Assembly: GCF_009914755.1 (NCBI RefSeq)
Contig: NC_060930.1
Direction: 5' to 3' (one strand)
DNA length: 64,000 nucleotides
Source: the human T2T-CHM13v2.0 reference genome, Homo sapiens
Shown: positions 1 through 13,345 of the stretch, piece after piece
Layout of the letters: the number at the start of each line of letters is the position of its first letter
Position numbering within the stretch: position 1 is the stretch's first letter
Program-made: the position numbers and the translations under genes
Notes under the pieces: generated by a model
Told to the model about the DNA's origin: nothing
Databases searched by the model: none
The model's input: the letters and a program-made list of their open reading frames with translations, nothing else

Positions 1-180
1 AAAATAATACAAAAAATTAGCTGGGAGTGGTGGCGCAGGCCTATAGTCCCAGCTACTTGGGGGACTGAGGTGAGATGATCACCTGAGCCCAGGAGGTTGA
101 GGCTCCAGTGAGCCGAGATTGCGCCGCTGCACTCCAGCCTGGGTGGCAAAGTGAGACCTTGTCAAAAAAGAAAAAAAAAA
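1..180 (+). mobile_element. Alu (AluJ-like), linker, right arm and poly(A); cut by window start
   Basis: Linker AAAATAATACAAAAAATTAGC, then GATCACCTGAGCCCAGGAGGTTGAGGCT (J-type), CACTCCAGCCTGGG and an A tail. Confidence 0.95.
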
Positions 181-2819
181 TCCTAAGAAATCAGTCATGA
201 TCAGATTGCAAAATGATTGCCAAAATTAGCTATTCACACTCAAATGTGACATTGATACCATACCAAATTGTGTGCATGGCATGTATTTGTGTTTGTATGT
301 GTCTCTAAATCTTGAGATATGAAAAAAGAGGAATTAGTCAATAAGACATTTAGGTAAATAGTCTATTGGTAGTGTTACAAAGAAAATAGCCACTTAACCA
401 GCTAAAACTTTTACTCCCCAAATAATTGTTAAAACATTACATAAACATCTCTTTAAAAGAGAGCCTGATTGTGTGGTTTTGAAAGCTTGAACTTGGTCCT
501 CTCGGGCCCCAAGGTTACGGTTTATTCAGACAATTCTCTGTTGGTTGGAACTCTACCAGGCCCCTGGAGTTTTAATAGAATATATGTTTATGTAATTCTC
601 CTTGATAATGTATTCTTATTATTTCCAAAACAAAAGGAAATGAACCCAGTAACCTTCACTGATTGCTGAGTTCATCATGCAACTCAGCATCATCGCTCAT
701 TCATCAGTGAATAGTAACTCATTTGAATAGCATGTCAATCTCTTCCCTCAGTAACAAGAGATTGTTCTAGCTCTTGAAGTGCTGGTGAAAAACAGGATTG
801 AAAAACAGGAAGGAAGAAGCAGAGATTTGTAAGTAAATTGAGAGGGCAAGTTAACAAGAGATTTCTCTGTAAGGTTTGTGTTTAGGGTTTATATCTGAAG
901 AAATTGATAGGAAGAAGAATCACTGGTTGCTGTGGTCTCACCTCGCTGCCCATTGTCTTTGAAAGATATCCTAATGACATAAACAACATGATGTCTCTAA
1001 TATAGAGTAAAATGGGAAGACATCAAGTGCACTTCAGCATAAGAAGATAGAGAAATGAGGGCTCCTTAGTTTCTTTACCACTATGTCCTTTGACTGTTTG
1101 TCTTCTCAGACAAGGGCAAATTGACCTCTACCTATAGCACTTCTTGTTGATTCTAGTAGTTACCATGTCAAAGCGAAGAATTCTGGGTGAATTGGTAGAT
1201 TTTTCTGGATTTTCATTTCAAAAAAGGATTGTGGAAAATCTAAGTAAATATAAGCATTTCAGATTCAGATTTATCCATATGGTTGGGTAAAATGTGGTGC
1301 TAGTGTGAACTTGCAGGTTCATCCTGATTTGAACATAAATGCCTTTGCATGAATATAAATCCCTCTTACCTTGGCCAGCCGTCTCACAAATGTGTGCTAT
1401 CATTCATGGAACCTTTAGGCACATGTGTTGAGGAAAACTCATCTTTACTGTCAGAAAGTCAACTCAAGACACACATCCTATTTTAAAATATATATAAAAG
1501 ATCATATTATTTCAGGAAATTCATAACAAATAAAGTAAAGGCTCAGTTTAGATGTCACTTTTTATCACTAGCTTTCTATCACCCTAAAAATTGCATAAAA
1601 CTGTTTAGTTGCATCAGTGAAGTTGTAAACCTTAATATATCCAATTTGGTAGTAATACTATGCAATACACGTGTTTAGGTTTAAAGACATGTATGAAAAC
1701 TTCAAAGTACTTGGCTCTTGACTGATGAAGATTCCATGTCTTATTGATTTTGGTTACTAGAAAACTAGAGGATTTGTTATTTTCTATGAGCTAGTGGCAT
1801 TTGAGAAACATCTGTGTAAAAGACTTGGAAAATTTATATACACATGTGCATGAGGGCAACGTTATTGATCTCATATGAAGTGAGTTCTCCAGGTTGTTTT
1901 TTTTTTCCTGTGGATAAGTCATAACTCTCTCATTTGTTGCTTATAACATGATAGAGAACTAAAATCTGTGATGTTTGTTTTTAAAACCAGGTGGAAAAGT
2001 ATGAAGACTAGATAATTCAATCTAGATACAAAAAATATACAGCAAGATCCTTTTATTTTTCTTCTTGAACTATTTTTAGAGAAGAAATTATTGTTGAGGG
2101 ATTAGTGTTATTGTTGTTGTGTATTTTCTTTACATTTCTTCCTCTTCTTCTTTTTTTTCGCAAAGCACAAAAAAGAAACTTGTCTAAAACAGAAGACAGG
2201 ACTGTATAGTGCTACATGCTGGCTGCTGACGGCCCACAGTGAGGTCCATGTAAAGTTCAAGAATGAAAACATGTCTCAATGCATGACGAACATAGTTTCT
2301 TTCATCGTTGTAGTGTTCCATGTATTAATCTGAGTGCTGGAGTTCTTTTCTGCATTTTTGGTTTCTGTTTTTATAAAAAATAGAAACCCTCAATATAATG
2401 AGAGGAGTAATTTTTGAAGCCACTAATGTGCTTTTTAGAGTCAGCACAAATTACTGTCATTGGCACTGTTTCCGTCATTGTGTGTTTCCACTCTACCCTA
2501 AATCTGAAGACTTCCAATTTTTTTCTTATTTCACATATGAAGTAGAAGTTTTATCATCAAACAACTTATTACTTATTTCTAGAAGGTGAGATTTTTAAAC
2601 AGATTCTCAACTATCTAATAAGGTAACAGCTGTCTTTCCTAGAGACAGGTCATTGGAGTTAACAATGTCTTTTGGCATCTTTAACTTTTTAAGTCTATAT
2701 TAAGAGTCATAGTAATTTTGCAGACATACCTATTCCTGTTTTCACAGGAAAACTGATGACTATGCATTGGATCTTCTATTGCAAAATCATCTGGGTGCTG
2801 ATAGCAGTGATGACATTAA

Positions 2820-3050
2820 AAGCCAATATTCACTGAGAGCTTACTACATGCCAGACGCTCTCCTGTGCTTTATATAAATTTGTCTACATTTTGAGTTAGG
2901 TACTTTCGTCATAACCTTGTTATAGATGAGAACACTGAGGCATAAATGACTTAGGCATAAATGACTTACTTAAGGTCACTGAACCTTAAGCAAGTGGCAG
3001 AGCCAAAATTCTAACCTAAAAAGTCTGGCTTCAGTGTCATAAAACTCAAC
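2820..3050 (-). mobile_element. MIR SINE
   Basis: Reverse MIR core ATAGATGAGAACACTGAGGC...AAGGTCAC...AAGTGGCAGAGCCAAAATTCTAACC...GTCTGGCTTCAG. Confidence 0.85.
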
Positions 3051-3391
3051 TGAATCCCTATGGACATGGAAGGACCCACTGATCTTATAATGACCCCATC
3101 ACTCAGGGGCTCTGGCCTTGTCAAATAAAGGAAAGGCCTATTAAAGCCATCTTAGTCCAGTGGTTGGTGGGTAATGCTTTTGGAGAGGATGCTATATATA
3201 CTGAACCAATGACCTCTATAGTGTTGTCTCTCCCACAGGCCAAATATAGAGATCTAGGAGACAAGAAATGTAAGTATAGGTGGCACTTTTTATACCTGGA
3301 AAACTGGCTTCCTGGAAAAATTTTGACTAACAATTCCAAAACAAAAATCTTGATAGATAAGAAATGAGTTGTCTCATATTATAATTAATAA

Positions 3392-3550
3392 TCACATGAG
3401 GCTATTTAAATTCATTTAAATTAATACTAAATAAAATTAGAAATTATTTTCTTCAGACACACTAGCCATATTTCAAGTGCTCAGTAATCACATGCTAGTG
3501 GCTTCTGTATAAGACAGCAAAAATATACTTTCATTGTCATGCAAACTTCA
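3392..3550 (-). mobile_element. MER3 (hAT-Charlie) DNA transposon remnant
   Basis: CACATGAGGCTATTTAAAT...CACTAGCCATATTTCAAGTGCTCAGTAATCACATG...TAGTGGCT matches the reverse of the recalled MER3 consensus. Confidence 0.8.
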
Positions 3551-3599
3551 AATCTTCATTTACGGTTTGGCGGTAAAGGAAACATACAGTCTGGCAGTA

Positions 3600-3822
3600 A
3601 TGACTGGCATAAGTGTCCAGAGGTGGCTGTGCCAGGCGCAGCTTCCTGACCAGACCACTGCTGCAGCTGGGCCTGAGCTGCTCCATACTGTGTAACCTCT
3701 GCAGGTCACTATTTTCTGAGCCTGATTTTGGAAGCTACCTAATTTCCTCCTACACAAATTTATTTCCTGTTTAAGTTTGCCACAGTTGTTTTCTGTTAGT
3801 TGCAACAAGATCTTTTCCTAAT
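3600..3822 (+). mobile_element. Old ERVL/MaLR LTR 3' part (LTR33/MLT1-like)
   Basis: Typical LTR terminus AAATTTATTTCCTGTTTAAGTTTGCCACAGTTGTTTTCTGTTAGTTGCAACAAG...CCTAATA; left boundary uncertain. Confidence 0.45.
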
Positions 3823-4609
3823 AGAATGACCTTTACTTAACATTATCTGAAACTGAACAGCCTATACTATAGAAAATAATTACTAATGCTGAGCTACTGC
3901 AAATATTACCATAATTGTTCTTGGATCTCACAGGATAATTATCTAGAAGAACGCAGGTTTGTGGATAGAGCTATGCAGGCCTGAGATTGGTGTGAAGGGT
4001 AATTTCTTTTTCCCTGCAATTTGGTGACTGAAGGACACTGTTTAGTGAGGGTAAATGGACCCTGCTGCATGGAAAAAGCTTGGGGTTATAGAGGGGGGGG
4101 GTGCCATGTGAGAGTCCCATGGCCTGCAGGCTTCAAGGGAAACCATATCTAATAGCAAAAGATCTCAAGCTTTTGACAAATCTCAATGAAAGTTACAGCC
4201 TCTGCTATAGAGAATGTCATGAAGATTTTGTTCTTTGCTAACAATAGAAGCAAAAGGAAGCTCAGAAGCTCCAAAGTGTGGCTCTAAGTCACAGCCAGCT
4301 GTGCCTGGCAGAGCAGCCGTCTTATGAGAACTGTCAGAGTTCCAGCCTGTATCACCGCAGGTTGACAAGAGGGCCAGGGTGAAGATCCGGGTGACATCCG
4401 CAGGGATGCATGTGTAAAACAGCACTCTGGGTAGGATGGAAAGTACCTGAGAAATGATCTGAAAAGAGACTTTCTTGCAAGGGTTCATAGGGACTCAAAG
4501 CCATCATAATTTGAGTTTTAATGGAAATGCAATCTTACAAATATTCACAGGCTGAAAAGGGGAATAGCACTTGAATTTTTTAAAGAGGAACTTTTTTTGC
4601 CATCAGATA

Positions 4610-4780
4610 CATTCAACAGTGGAGTGGACTAACTTGTGCAGTAATGAGGTGCTTATCACTGGAAGGGCTTGGCTGGAGGTTGGATAAGCGACTGGCAGCT
4701 AGCCAGTGGAAAAGATTTCTTTGCGGGTGGGATTTCCAAAGCTTCCTCTCACCTAAAGGCTTTGTGAATCTCTGATTCTA
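4610..4780 (+). mobile_element. CR1/L3 LINE 3' end remnant
   Basis: GTAATGAGGTGCTTATCACTGGAAGG...GGAGGTTGGATAA...CTTCCTCTCACCTAAAG...CTCTGATTCTA resembles the CR1 3' terminus. Confidence 0.55.
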
Positions 4781-5606
4781 AGTATAATAGAATCTGCAAT
4801 CTAATGTGATTTCAAATTGCAAACGTAGCAAATTTTTCTTCAAAACCCAAGGAAAACCAAGAATAGCCATTAAAATACTTGGAATTTGTGGCTGGACTCT
4901 TCAGTTTAACTCCCTTATTGCCTGGCTCTTTTCATTTTCTTTCTGTTTTCTTTCCCTGTAAAATAAACTGTGGGTTTGAGTAAGGTAGAAACTATTAAAA
5001 TGCTTTAGAAGAAAGGTAAATGATTCTTAATACTATTAGAATTTTATTTAGAATATGGTGAACAATTCTTGTGGAATACTAATCCGATATGCTACAATGA
5101 TTAAAACATTTCTCTCTAGAAAAACAATCCTATAAATTGCTCTGATTTCTGCAGCATTCTGAATATTTATGTTTCCAAGAAGATTTTAGTCAGAGGCTGA
5201 GGAACTTGGGGAAATAGAATTAGGGCTGGATTTTCCAGGACATTCACATGTGTAACCAACTCTGTGGCTATGCTTGGAATCTACTCCTGGCTCCGGATCA
5301 GATACATACATAAACTCATATCGCATTTGCATCCTATCTGTTTCCAAGAGTCATTCTTCACAAATGCTGGAAGCTTGCTTTATGTTTTACCCATTTATTA
5401 ATGACCTACATAATCTGTAATTTTTCATACATTTGGAGACTTTAGGTCTAGCTTCATCTCTGCCTGTTCTGCTTTTCCCATTTGGTTTTTCTGTTGTTTC
5501 CTCTTCTATCACATACTATAATGAAATATCAAAATAAATACTGTTACTTTCTACATTTTTCACAAATTTATTTAGCAAACATTTATTTCTAAAACTCGTT
5601 GCTTTG

Positions 5607-5658
5607 TTAGATAAGTAGATAGATAGATAGATGATAGAGGGAGAGATAGATGGATAGA
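5607..5658. repeat. Degenerate (GATA)n microsatellite
   Basis: TAGATAAGTAGATAGATAGATAGATGATAGA... Confidence 0.8.
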
Positions 5659-7019
5659 ATTTACCAAACAATATGTTACCACCATAAGATACTGCTTTCA
5701 TTGTTGTACATTTTCCTATTTTTATTTGTATATGTTCCTATTTCCTGTGAGTTTTGTACTTTGTCGCCGTAACTAGACTATAAGCTATTTGAAAGGAACA
5801 AGAGATCTCTCTTATACAGTAAGATATGTCCAGTTTCTGCAACCATTCATGCATTTATTTAATCATTTATTTATTCAGCAAGCGCCTATTAAGAATATAG
5901 TCTGTACAGACTGCTGCACAATTGGCTATTGTCCTTTATAAAATCAAGTTCCCAGAAGTGAACATAGCATCCCAGACATACTTGACCATGATGGAGTAGA
6001 GCAGGACTGTTAATTTACCTGATTCCAAACCCAGAGGAAAGCTTACATTGAATTTTACTTGATATTATACCATCATCCGATACTGAAGGATATTATGAGA
6101 ACTACTTCTATAAAACCTGTCCCAGATTGACTGTAAGTATATTTACATGATAGCGTTTCTGAGGATCCTAGGAGAAACCTCTCTGGTTGCACATCAGAAA
6201 TAGTTGTGCTTCTTGTAGGTATCTGGTTTGCTTTTATAGCATAGACATACTGTGAACATTATAAGGGATTCAATTCCTAGTTATCTGCTAGCTTTTAGGA
6301 GGAACCCCTTTTCTTTATTCCTCATTCAATGACTGGACCAGCAGTCCAGTGGACCACCCAAGCAGGTATACCAAACTTCATGCCAGGCATGTTTTGTGCA
6401 CAGTTCTTTTTCCTTTAACTAATTATTATGTACACTTCTTTGTGAATTATTTGTATCTTGTTAAAAGCAAGGTTTGGAGAAAGAACAGATTATTAACTTG
6501 ATACCTAGTAAGCTAGATGGTAAATGATGATGATGATAGAAAAAGATAGATAAGTAAATATCTAGTCCTTTAAAATTCCTTGAGTTTGATTCTATACTTC
6601 TATCACTGCTGACCAAAAATTCACCTGTTTATAGGTTTTAGCCATTATTGTTCTCTACTTAAGGGTGTTTTTTAGCACTAAGCCACTGTAAACCTAAAAT
6701 GAATGAGGTCCCTTTGAGTTTTTCCTCTATTATGACTCTCATACACTCTCTTTTCTCTCTAGTCCCATTGCCACCATCCCTTTTTAAAGTTCTTGAGCTA
6801 AGGCAGTGATTCTTCTAAATACGTCTACAGTAAATTCACACTGGGGTTTTGCCCCATTTACAGTGATTCCCACCGTGACTGTCTCTGTGCTACACCCACT
6901 TTCTCCTTTGAAGGAAGCCGATTCTTCTCCCCCATCCTACTGGACATATGCTGTGAATAGTAGTTGCCAATTTCAAGCTTGACTTCATCTCCATGACTAT
7001 CTTTTTTTGGCTAGAAGTA

Positions 7020-8000
<981 letters not shown>

Positions 8001-8416
8001 TTAAACTGGCTAGACAGCTGCCTATAATCACAGATTTTGCCTAATAAAGAATGTTGCATCAGGAAAGGAAGCTAACATAGAAAGAAATAGAAATAAGAAA
8101 TGGACTCTCTCTCTCGCCCTTCCCCATGTGATTCAGCCGAATAACTCCAGTTAGTTTCTCAGGACCCAACCCTGAATAGTCTTGCCTCAATACCTTGCTT
8201 GCACTGACCTATTCCAGTACACACACACCTACACGTACACACACCTGAGTAAAAGTCTTGTTTGTGTTCTATTCTCAGCTCCGACATTCCCTCTTACACA
8301 CCTTTATCACAGCACAGCTCACATAGGAGTGTACTTACTCCTAGTTAGGTGTGAGTATCTCAAGGGCAAAGACTGATAAAATTCAATGACAGTTTGTTTA
8401 ATTGAAATTACTGGAA

Positions 8417-9110
8417 ATGAGATACCATCCCACACCAGTTTGTCAGGAAAAAACAGGTGCTGGAGAGGATGTGGAGAAATAGAACACTTTTACACTGTTG
8501 GTGGGATTGTAAACTAGTTCAACCATTGTGGAAGGCAGTGTGGCGATTCCTCAGGGATGTAGAACTAGAAATACCATTTGACCCAACCATCCCATTACTG
8601 GGTATATACTCAAAGGATTATAAAACATGCTGCTATAAAGACACATGCACGCGTATGTTTATTGTGGCACTATTCACAATAGCAAAGACTTGGAACAACC
8701 CCAATGTCCAGCAATGATAGACTGGATTAAGAAAATGTGGCACATATACACCATGGAATACTATGCAGCCATAAAAAATGATGAGTTCATGTCCTTTGTA
8801 GGGACATGGATGAAGCTGGAAACCATCATTCTCAGCAAACTATCACAAGGACAAAAAACCGAACACCGCATGTTCTCACTCATAGGTGGGAATTGAACAA
8901 TGAGAACACAGGGACACAGGAAGGGGAACATCACATACTGGGGCCTGTTGTGGGGTTGGGGGAGGGGGGAGGGATAGCATTAGGAGATATACCTAATGTT
9001 AAATGACGAGTTAATGGGTGCAGCACACCAACATGGCACATGTATACATATGTAACAAACCTGCACGTTGTGCACATGTACCCTAAAACTTAAAGTATAA
9101 TAATACAAAA
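8417..9110 (+). mobile_element. 5'-truncated L1PA (L1PA4-like): ORF2 C-terminus, 3'UTR and poly(A)
   Basis: ORF2 end peptides ([16 protein letters not shown]; MFSLIGGN); 3'UTR CTAATGTTAAATGACGAG; TSD AAATTA(C/G)TGGAA at 8405-8416 and 9111-9122. Confidence 0.95.
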
Positions 9111-11046
9111 AAATTAGTGGAATATTTGCACAAGTGGAGGAAGAAAAGAGGTCCTAAAATCAGTCGAATTTTTCTTCCACTTGGCTTATATTTGGTTAAA
9201 TTCTTCAGTGCTATTTCCTCTGACCTGCTATTGTCAGCTTCCATCCTGTTATAATGTTACTGGTATTTTGTAATTTAAAGATAGAGCCATATGACTATGT
9301 GTCATGAAGCAGGCATTGTGTTGTTAAGCCTAGCTTTATAGCTATAAAATACTTAATAATTTGATTCTATATTTGGAAGTTATCCTTCCATATTTTTGTA
9401 CAGCTTTAAAAATTATCACCGGTACATCTCTACAAAATGTATCAATAATATGTTAAACAGCACAAAATTTAGAGTTTATAGGAAATCCACTAAAACCTGT
9501 ACATAAAGTTGACATTGATCCTTTGGCCACTAGTCCTTGAGCCTAGTTCTTTATTTCACTGTGAGTCCATCTAACTGGAGTTTCATCCTGGCCACAGTGC
9601 GTAATATTGTCATCAAGTATTCACTAATTTTGGAATGAGGTTGAAAATACATAAATAATATGTCTGTTTCATCGTAACAATAAAACTTAGTTTCAGAAAA
9701 ACTACATGACTTATCAATGCTTTTAGAACGGGTAAGTGGGAGAGTAGGTAGCTTTTCTAAGTGCAGTGACCATTTCATTATACAACAGCCCCCTTAACTG
9801 AAACTCTATCAAATGTCCTACTAAAATGAAACACTGTACCTGTAGCATTTTTATCTATCACTTTACACATTTTATTTAAATAGGAAATTATGTTTTCCTG
9901 GTGGGATTTGTTTTCAGTGAATCCACGCAATTTCTAAACATCACTTCTTCTTTTTCTACATACTTGCCAACTATCTATTAATAACTTATTTTAATCCTAA
10001 ATGCCCTTTTCAGTTATCCAAGATATCTCCAGACAAGTATTTGCTCAGCTTCTTATAATCCCAGAGGCTGTAAAACTTCTGTAGATTTTTCACTTCTGCG
10101 AAGTGTTTTGTTCAGGAGCTATACAATACGAGAAGACTCAGTGTTACCAGAAAAATATCAGTTAACAAGTTGAAAACCAACCATAATTTATTTATTTTTT
10201 ATTCTGAGGAATATTCCCTCTTAGACCATTGGCATAGGCAATTTCCACACTCCTATGTAAGGAGGGCTTATAGGCAAAAAACTGTTTGGAAGAGGACACA
10301 TATTTGTTTTGATTTGTAAGCATAGTGAGCCCACTGTTTGTTTTGACTTAAATTTTCTGTGTATTTGTTATGTTTGGAGGACTTATGGAGATTGAACTAG
10401 AGGACTAAAGCACTGCACCTGGCCCACCATGATGTTGTCACTGGATCCTGGACAGTTACTTCACATGCCTGAATTTCTACCTCATCCAGGTAACATGCTT
10501 GCTCTGCAGTTAGAATAGTCAATAAGACCAAGGGCTGAACAGAAGCCTGCTAATTGTCCAAACCACTCATGTCTGGCTGCCAACTGGCAAGTTTCTCCTG
10601 GAACAGTAGTGCACTACTCAGTGACAGAAGTCACTGTAGATCAACCTGAGACAATTCCCTCCCCCAAGGGGAGCACAGCAGAGGACTCAAAGACTTTGCC
10701 AACCAGAAGTCTGAAGACTTAATTTCTCCTGGGAGGAGTAGCTGCTGTACAAACCGATAAAATCACACCCCAAGAAACCCAGACTATAAAATACCTCTTT
10801 GTAAAATTCACAGTGTAATAGAGGTAAAAGGATTAGATTTGTGCTTCAGTATCCTCCTTTTGATTGCAGATGAACAGGAAAAGAATGAAACTTTATAAGG
10901 TAGACTGGGGCAGTTAATCAGTTTTAAAGTGAGAAGTATATTGGAGAATATGTAAGTTCAACCTTGATACATATTATACTTCTTGTCTGTGTTTAACTAT
11001 ATATCATATGATTTATTACACATTTTATAATAATTAATTATACATT

Positions 11047-11050
<4 letters not shown>

Positions 11051-11096
<46 letters not shown>

Positions 11097-11105
11097 CTCT
11101 CTCTC
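11051..11105. repeat. Compound (CA)21(CT)6 microsatellite
   Basis: Direct reading. Confidence 0.97.
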
Positions 11106-12679
11106 CTTGATTTGGTGGGGGAAAACAACACAAATTATAGAAAATCTGTTTCTCAGCTAGGGCAATGGGGTCAAAAAAAGATTACTGTTCAGTCTAAACC
11201 AATTGCCTTCCAAGCTAATAAACTTAAAGACATTTCACTCACTTGATAATGTCAGGGCCAACTTGGGGGCCCACCATAGGCAAATTTTGCTTTGTGTGCC
11301 TATTCATAATAAGGTCAAGGTAACATTATGTCTTGAATTGAAGACTTTTTTTTTTTGTCAAGGAATATAAACACAAAAGATGCTTCTGTGATGGAGACAG
11401 TGAATAATTAGGAAGTAGAAAGTGGATTTCATTGTTTAGTCTGGGTTTGATGAAGGTAGACTGAAGTAGGAAGACTACGGCTTGATCTTATATGTGTGGG
11501 CCTTAAGTATTTTTAATGTCTCTTGGTAAACCAATTTTCTTCTGCTTTATAAGCAGTATCTCAAACACCAATGCAGGAGTCCCCTAATTTGATAATTCCA
11601 TAACCTTCATGTAATTCCATAATTTCCATGTCCAGGTGACCCAACACAAGACTTTTATAACTCAGTTAAATAATGGTATATTTCTATACTTTTTCTGGCT
11701 TTAGTAATGATGATGTTATTTGATTCAGTTGCTTGGTCCCTACAAGAAACAGTACACCAGTCAATGTTTGTTTCCAATAAAACTTACAATTATTTCAACT
11801 TTCTCTTATTTTTTCTTCCAGTTCTGAAATTGTTAATACAGTGAAAGGCTACTAAAATCAAGTATTCATAAAAATATGTCAAAATATTCTGTATTCTGGA
11901 TAAGTGCCCAACCAGAATGTTATTTGCCTGTATTGACGCTAAACTGTATCCTCAGTGTTAAGTCATGACCGTTCTCAGAGGCAGGGGGCTTTCCTTAATG
12001 TGGAAACTAAATAATTAGACGTTCAACTCTCACGACATCCTTTTTTGTCTGCCCTGTAGGTTTGTTCACAGAGCTAAACACTTGGAAAAACATTTTGGAA
12101 AAAAAAAAATGAAATGCTTATTCATGGGAAATCTTTACTCCACCCAGGAAAAGATAAATGGCACTTAAGAACTACTCTTTAAGAGTGAGATGTTTATTGA
12201 AATAAGGGAGGCTAATTGTCAAAAATGATGAGAAACAAATGTGAAAAGCCCTATGTTTGGAGCTCTGGCCACATGGAGCGTTTAAACAAGCATATGCTGT
12301 GTTTCAAAAGAAGAGACGTAGTTTGAAAGTTGCCATTTTTTGGAAAAGAAATGTTCAGTGAAAGAGAGAGAGAGAAAACAACAACAACAACAACAATCAT
12401 GGCTGCTAACAGCAGTTCCAGAACATAGAGTAAGAAAGAGAACATGGCTGCCAATGTTCTCGTCTCTGAAAGGCTGAAACTCCACTTTGATATCAGTTTA
12501 CCTTTTTAACAATATTTTCATGACAAACCAGTTCTGCTGGAGACATGTGTTAAAGGGGGTGATGTGTGATTGCTGCTAGAGATAGGATCACGTTCTCTAT
12601 AGATATGAGATGTGTAGTTCTTCTTGGTCCAGTTCTCAGTCTTTCCACTGTTTTGCCATGAATTCCCAGATCAGTCTAG

Positions 12680-12875
12680 AATAGAGTTGCTCAAAGTTGG
12701 CACTGTTGACATTTTAGGGAGAAAATGCGTTATTGGGAAAGGGCTGTTCTGTATGTTGTCGGATGTTTAACAGCATCCTGGCCTCTACACATGAGATGCC
12801 AGTAGCAGCCCCCACCCATTTGTAACAACTAAAAGTGTCTCCAGACATGGCCAGATGTCCTCAGGGAGGCGCAAG
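12680..12875 (-). mobile_element. MER20 (hAT-Charlie)
   Basis: GGCACTGTTGACATTTT...GGATGTTTAACAGCATCCTGGCCTCTAC...GATGCCAGTAGCA...TGTCTCCAGACATGGCCAGATGTCC. Confidence 0.88.
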
Positions 12876-13139
12876 GAAAGGAGAGAGAATTTACTGAGGA
12901 GAGCTTTTTACATTTATTGCTCTAGATGATAAAACATAAATTTACGGTTCTCAGATAAGCTGTGTATTGTATGTTTACAAATGTATTCAGCAAATGTATT
13001 CAAGCAAACTTCATGACACCAGAATAGGGTAAACTTGGTCTTAGATGGTCCCCATTAGAAAAGGTCAGTAATTTAGTAGTACTTCTATTCTTCTCAGGCA
13101 ATAGGCATTATTTCTGGTGCCTCTATAGATTGTCTACAG

Positions 13140-13345
13140 CCTACATAGGCTTTGGAATCAGACTGACCTGGATTTTGGTGCTGGCTCCCTCACCACCAGT
13201 GTAACCATAGGCTTATTATTTGACCTCTCTAAACCTCAGCTTTCCTCATCACAAAAGGGAGTCAGTATTGACCTAAGAGGACTATTGTAAGGATTAAATA
13301 AAATAGCACACCTTCATATTTACACTTGGTAATTCCCTAATAAAT
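13140..13345 (+). mobile_element. MIR SINE
   Basis: GGCTTTGGAATCAGACTGACCTGG...ACCTCTCTAAACCTCAGCTTTCCTCATC...TTGTAAGGATTAAAT. Confidence 0.85.

Noticed and set aside
8457-9006. ORFs resembling a reverse-transcriptase protein C-terminus
   Set aside because: Frameshifted fragments of truncated L1 ORF2; the same applies at 33142-33500 and 52117-54319.
10780-10795. TATA-like CTATAAAA
   Set aside because: Isolated motif, with no CpG island or other evidence of a promoter.
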